Part shown: positions 63,398 through 64,000 of the stretch, piece by piece | How positions within the stretch are numbered: the first letter of the stretch is position 1 | Layout: each line of letters begins with the position of its first letter | Assembly (NCBI GenBank): GCA_015680685.1 | Contig: MNCI01001305.1 | Span: 93,887-157,886, forward strand | DNA: 64,000 bases | Source: Gnetum montanum | Taxonomy: Eukaryota > Plantae > Gnetophyta | Direction of reading: 5' to 3' | Made by a program: the position numbers and the translations under genes | Notes under the pieces: model-generated | Told to the model about the DNA's origin: nothing | Database searches by the model: none | The model's input: the letters and a program-made list of their open reading frames with translations, nothing else

Positions 63398-64000
63398 TGT
63401 AACACCCTACCCTAGCTTAGGGTAGGGTAATGCTAGGATCAAGTAATCTTAGCATAGACGCATGATAACTAAAACTTGGAAGCATGATAACTAGAACCAA
63501 TAATGTGTAGAATACATGATAATAAGAAAAGTTAAACAGTATAGAACTTTTCCACCAAACCAAAAACTAAACATATATATCAAGTTACCAAAATGCATGT
63601 CTCTACATAAAGCAAACTATATACTACTATGAAAAAATACAAAAACACATAAACCTCATCATGATATATAGAAGAATATAGAGAGTTTCATACAAGGGTA
63701 TCTAATCCACACTACTGTACATGAAAATATACATCAGCCAAGCATAGAAGATTTTCCCCTCCTCTAACCTTCCTGCCATGCTCGTCTAGGATCCTGCATC
63801 TTTCACTTGTAATTAAATAAAGTCAGTACATAATTGAGTAGAAAGCCTTTACACTTCCCCTACTATATGATCAAAAAGTGCTACATTAGAGGAGGGGAGT
63901 GGGGTACAAGGCAACTTGCAACACTATTAGTCTCATGCATGCTCAAAACAACATACACCATATCACCCATAAAGTTAACATACTATCATACAAGCATAGA
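63398..64000 (-). repeat. 5' LTR of element F (partial)
   Basis: TGTAACACCCTACCCTAGCTTAG... is collinear with 56129 onward. Confidence 0.93.

Larger units (their letters stand above)
56129..64000 (-). mobile_element. Element F: chromovirus (Tekay/Del-like Ty3/gypsy), extends beyond the window
   Basis: Two homologous LTRs, tRNA-iMet PBS, PPT, and gag-PR-RT-RH-INT-chromodomain in order. Confidence 0.93.

Overview
Plant heterochromatic DNA made almost entirely of decayed, nested retrotransposons. No intact host gene, RNA gene or CRISPR array is visible. Contents: a LINE zf-RVT remnant (~2.2-2.5 kb); several copies or fragments of one Tat-type Ty3/gypsy lineage with an additional RNase H (aRH) between RH and INT (A 2545-~16140 minus; C 16146-~20830 plus; B 26089-45864 plus with TSD TATGG; D 46514-56128 plus; an inverted INT fragment at ~20.9-22.1 kb); an Athila-like element E (minus, ~22105-46513, interrupted by B); a solo LTR (42673-44398); and a chromodomain-bearing chromovirus F (56129 to beyond 64000, minus). 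The main observation is the Tat family's architecture. Gag-PR ends at its own stop and is separated from RT-RH-aRH-INT by several kb holding an antisense, TATA-driven gene of about 8 exons, with intron positions and phases conserved in three diverged copies. That gene encodes an FCP1/NIF-type HAD phosphatase-like domain lacking its catalytic Asp residues, fused to a PMD/plant-transposon-protein-like domain, an acidic linker and a coiled-coil domain. Regularly spaced palindromic motif arrays lie nearby. All copies are pseudogenised. Domain calls come from by-eye motif recognition, not database searches.
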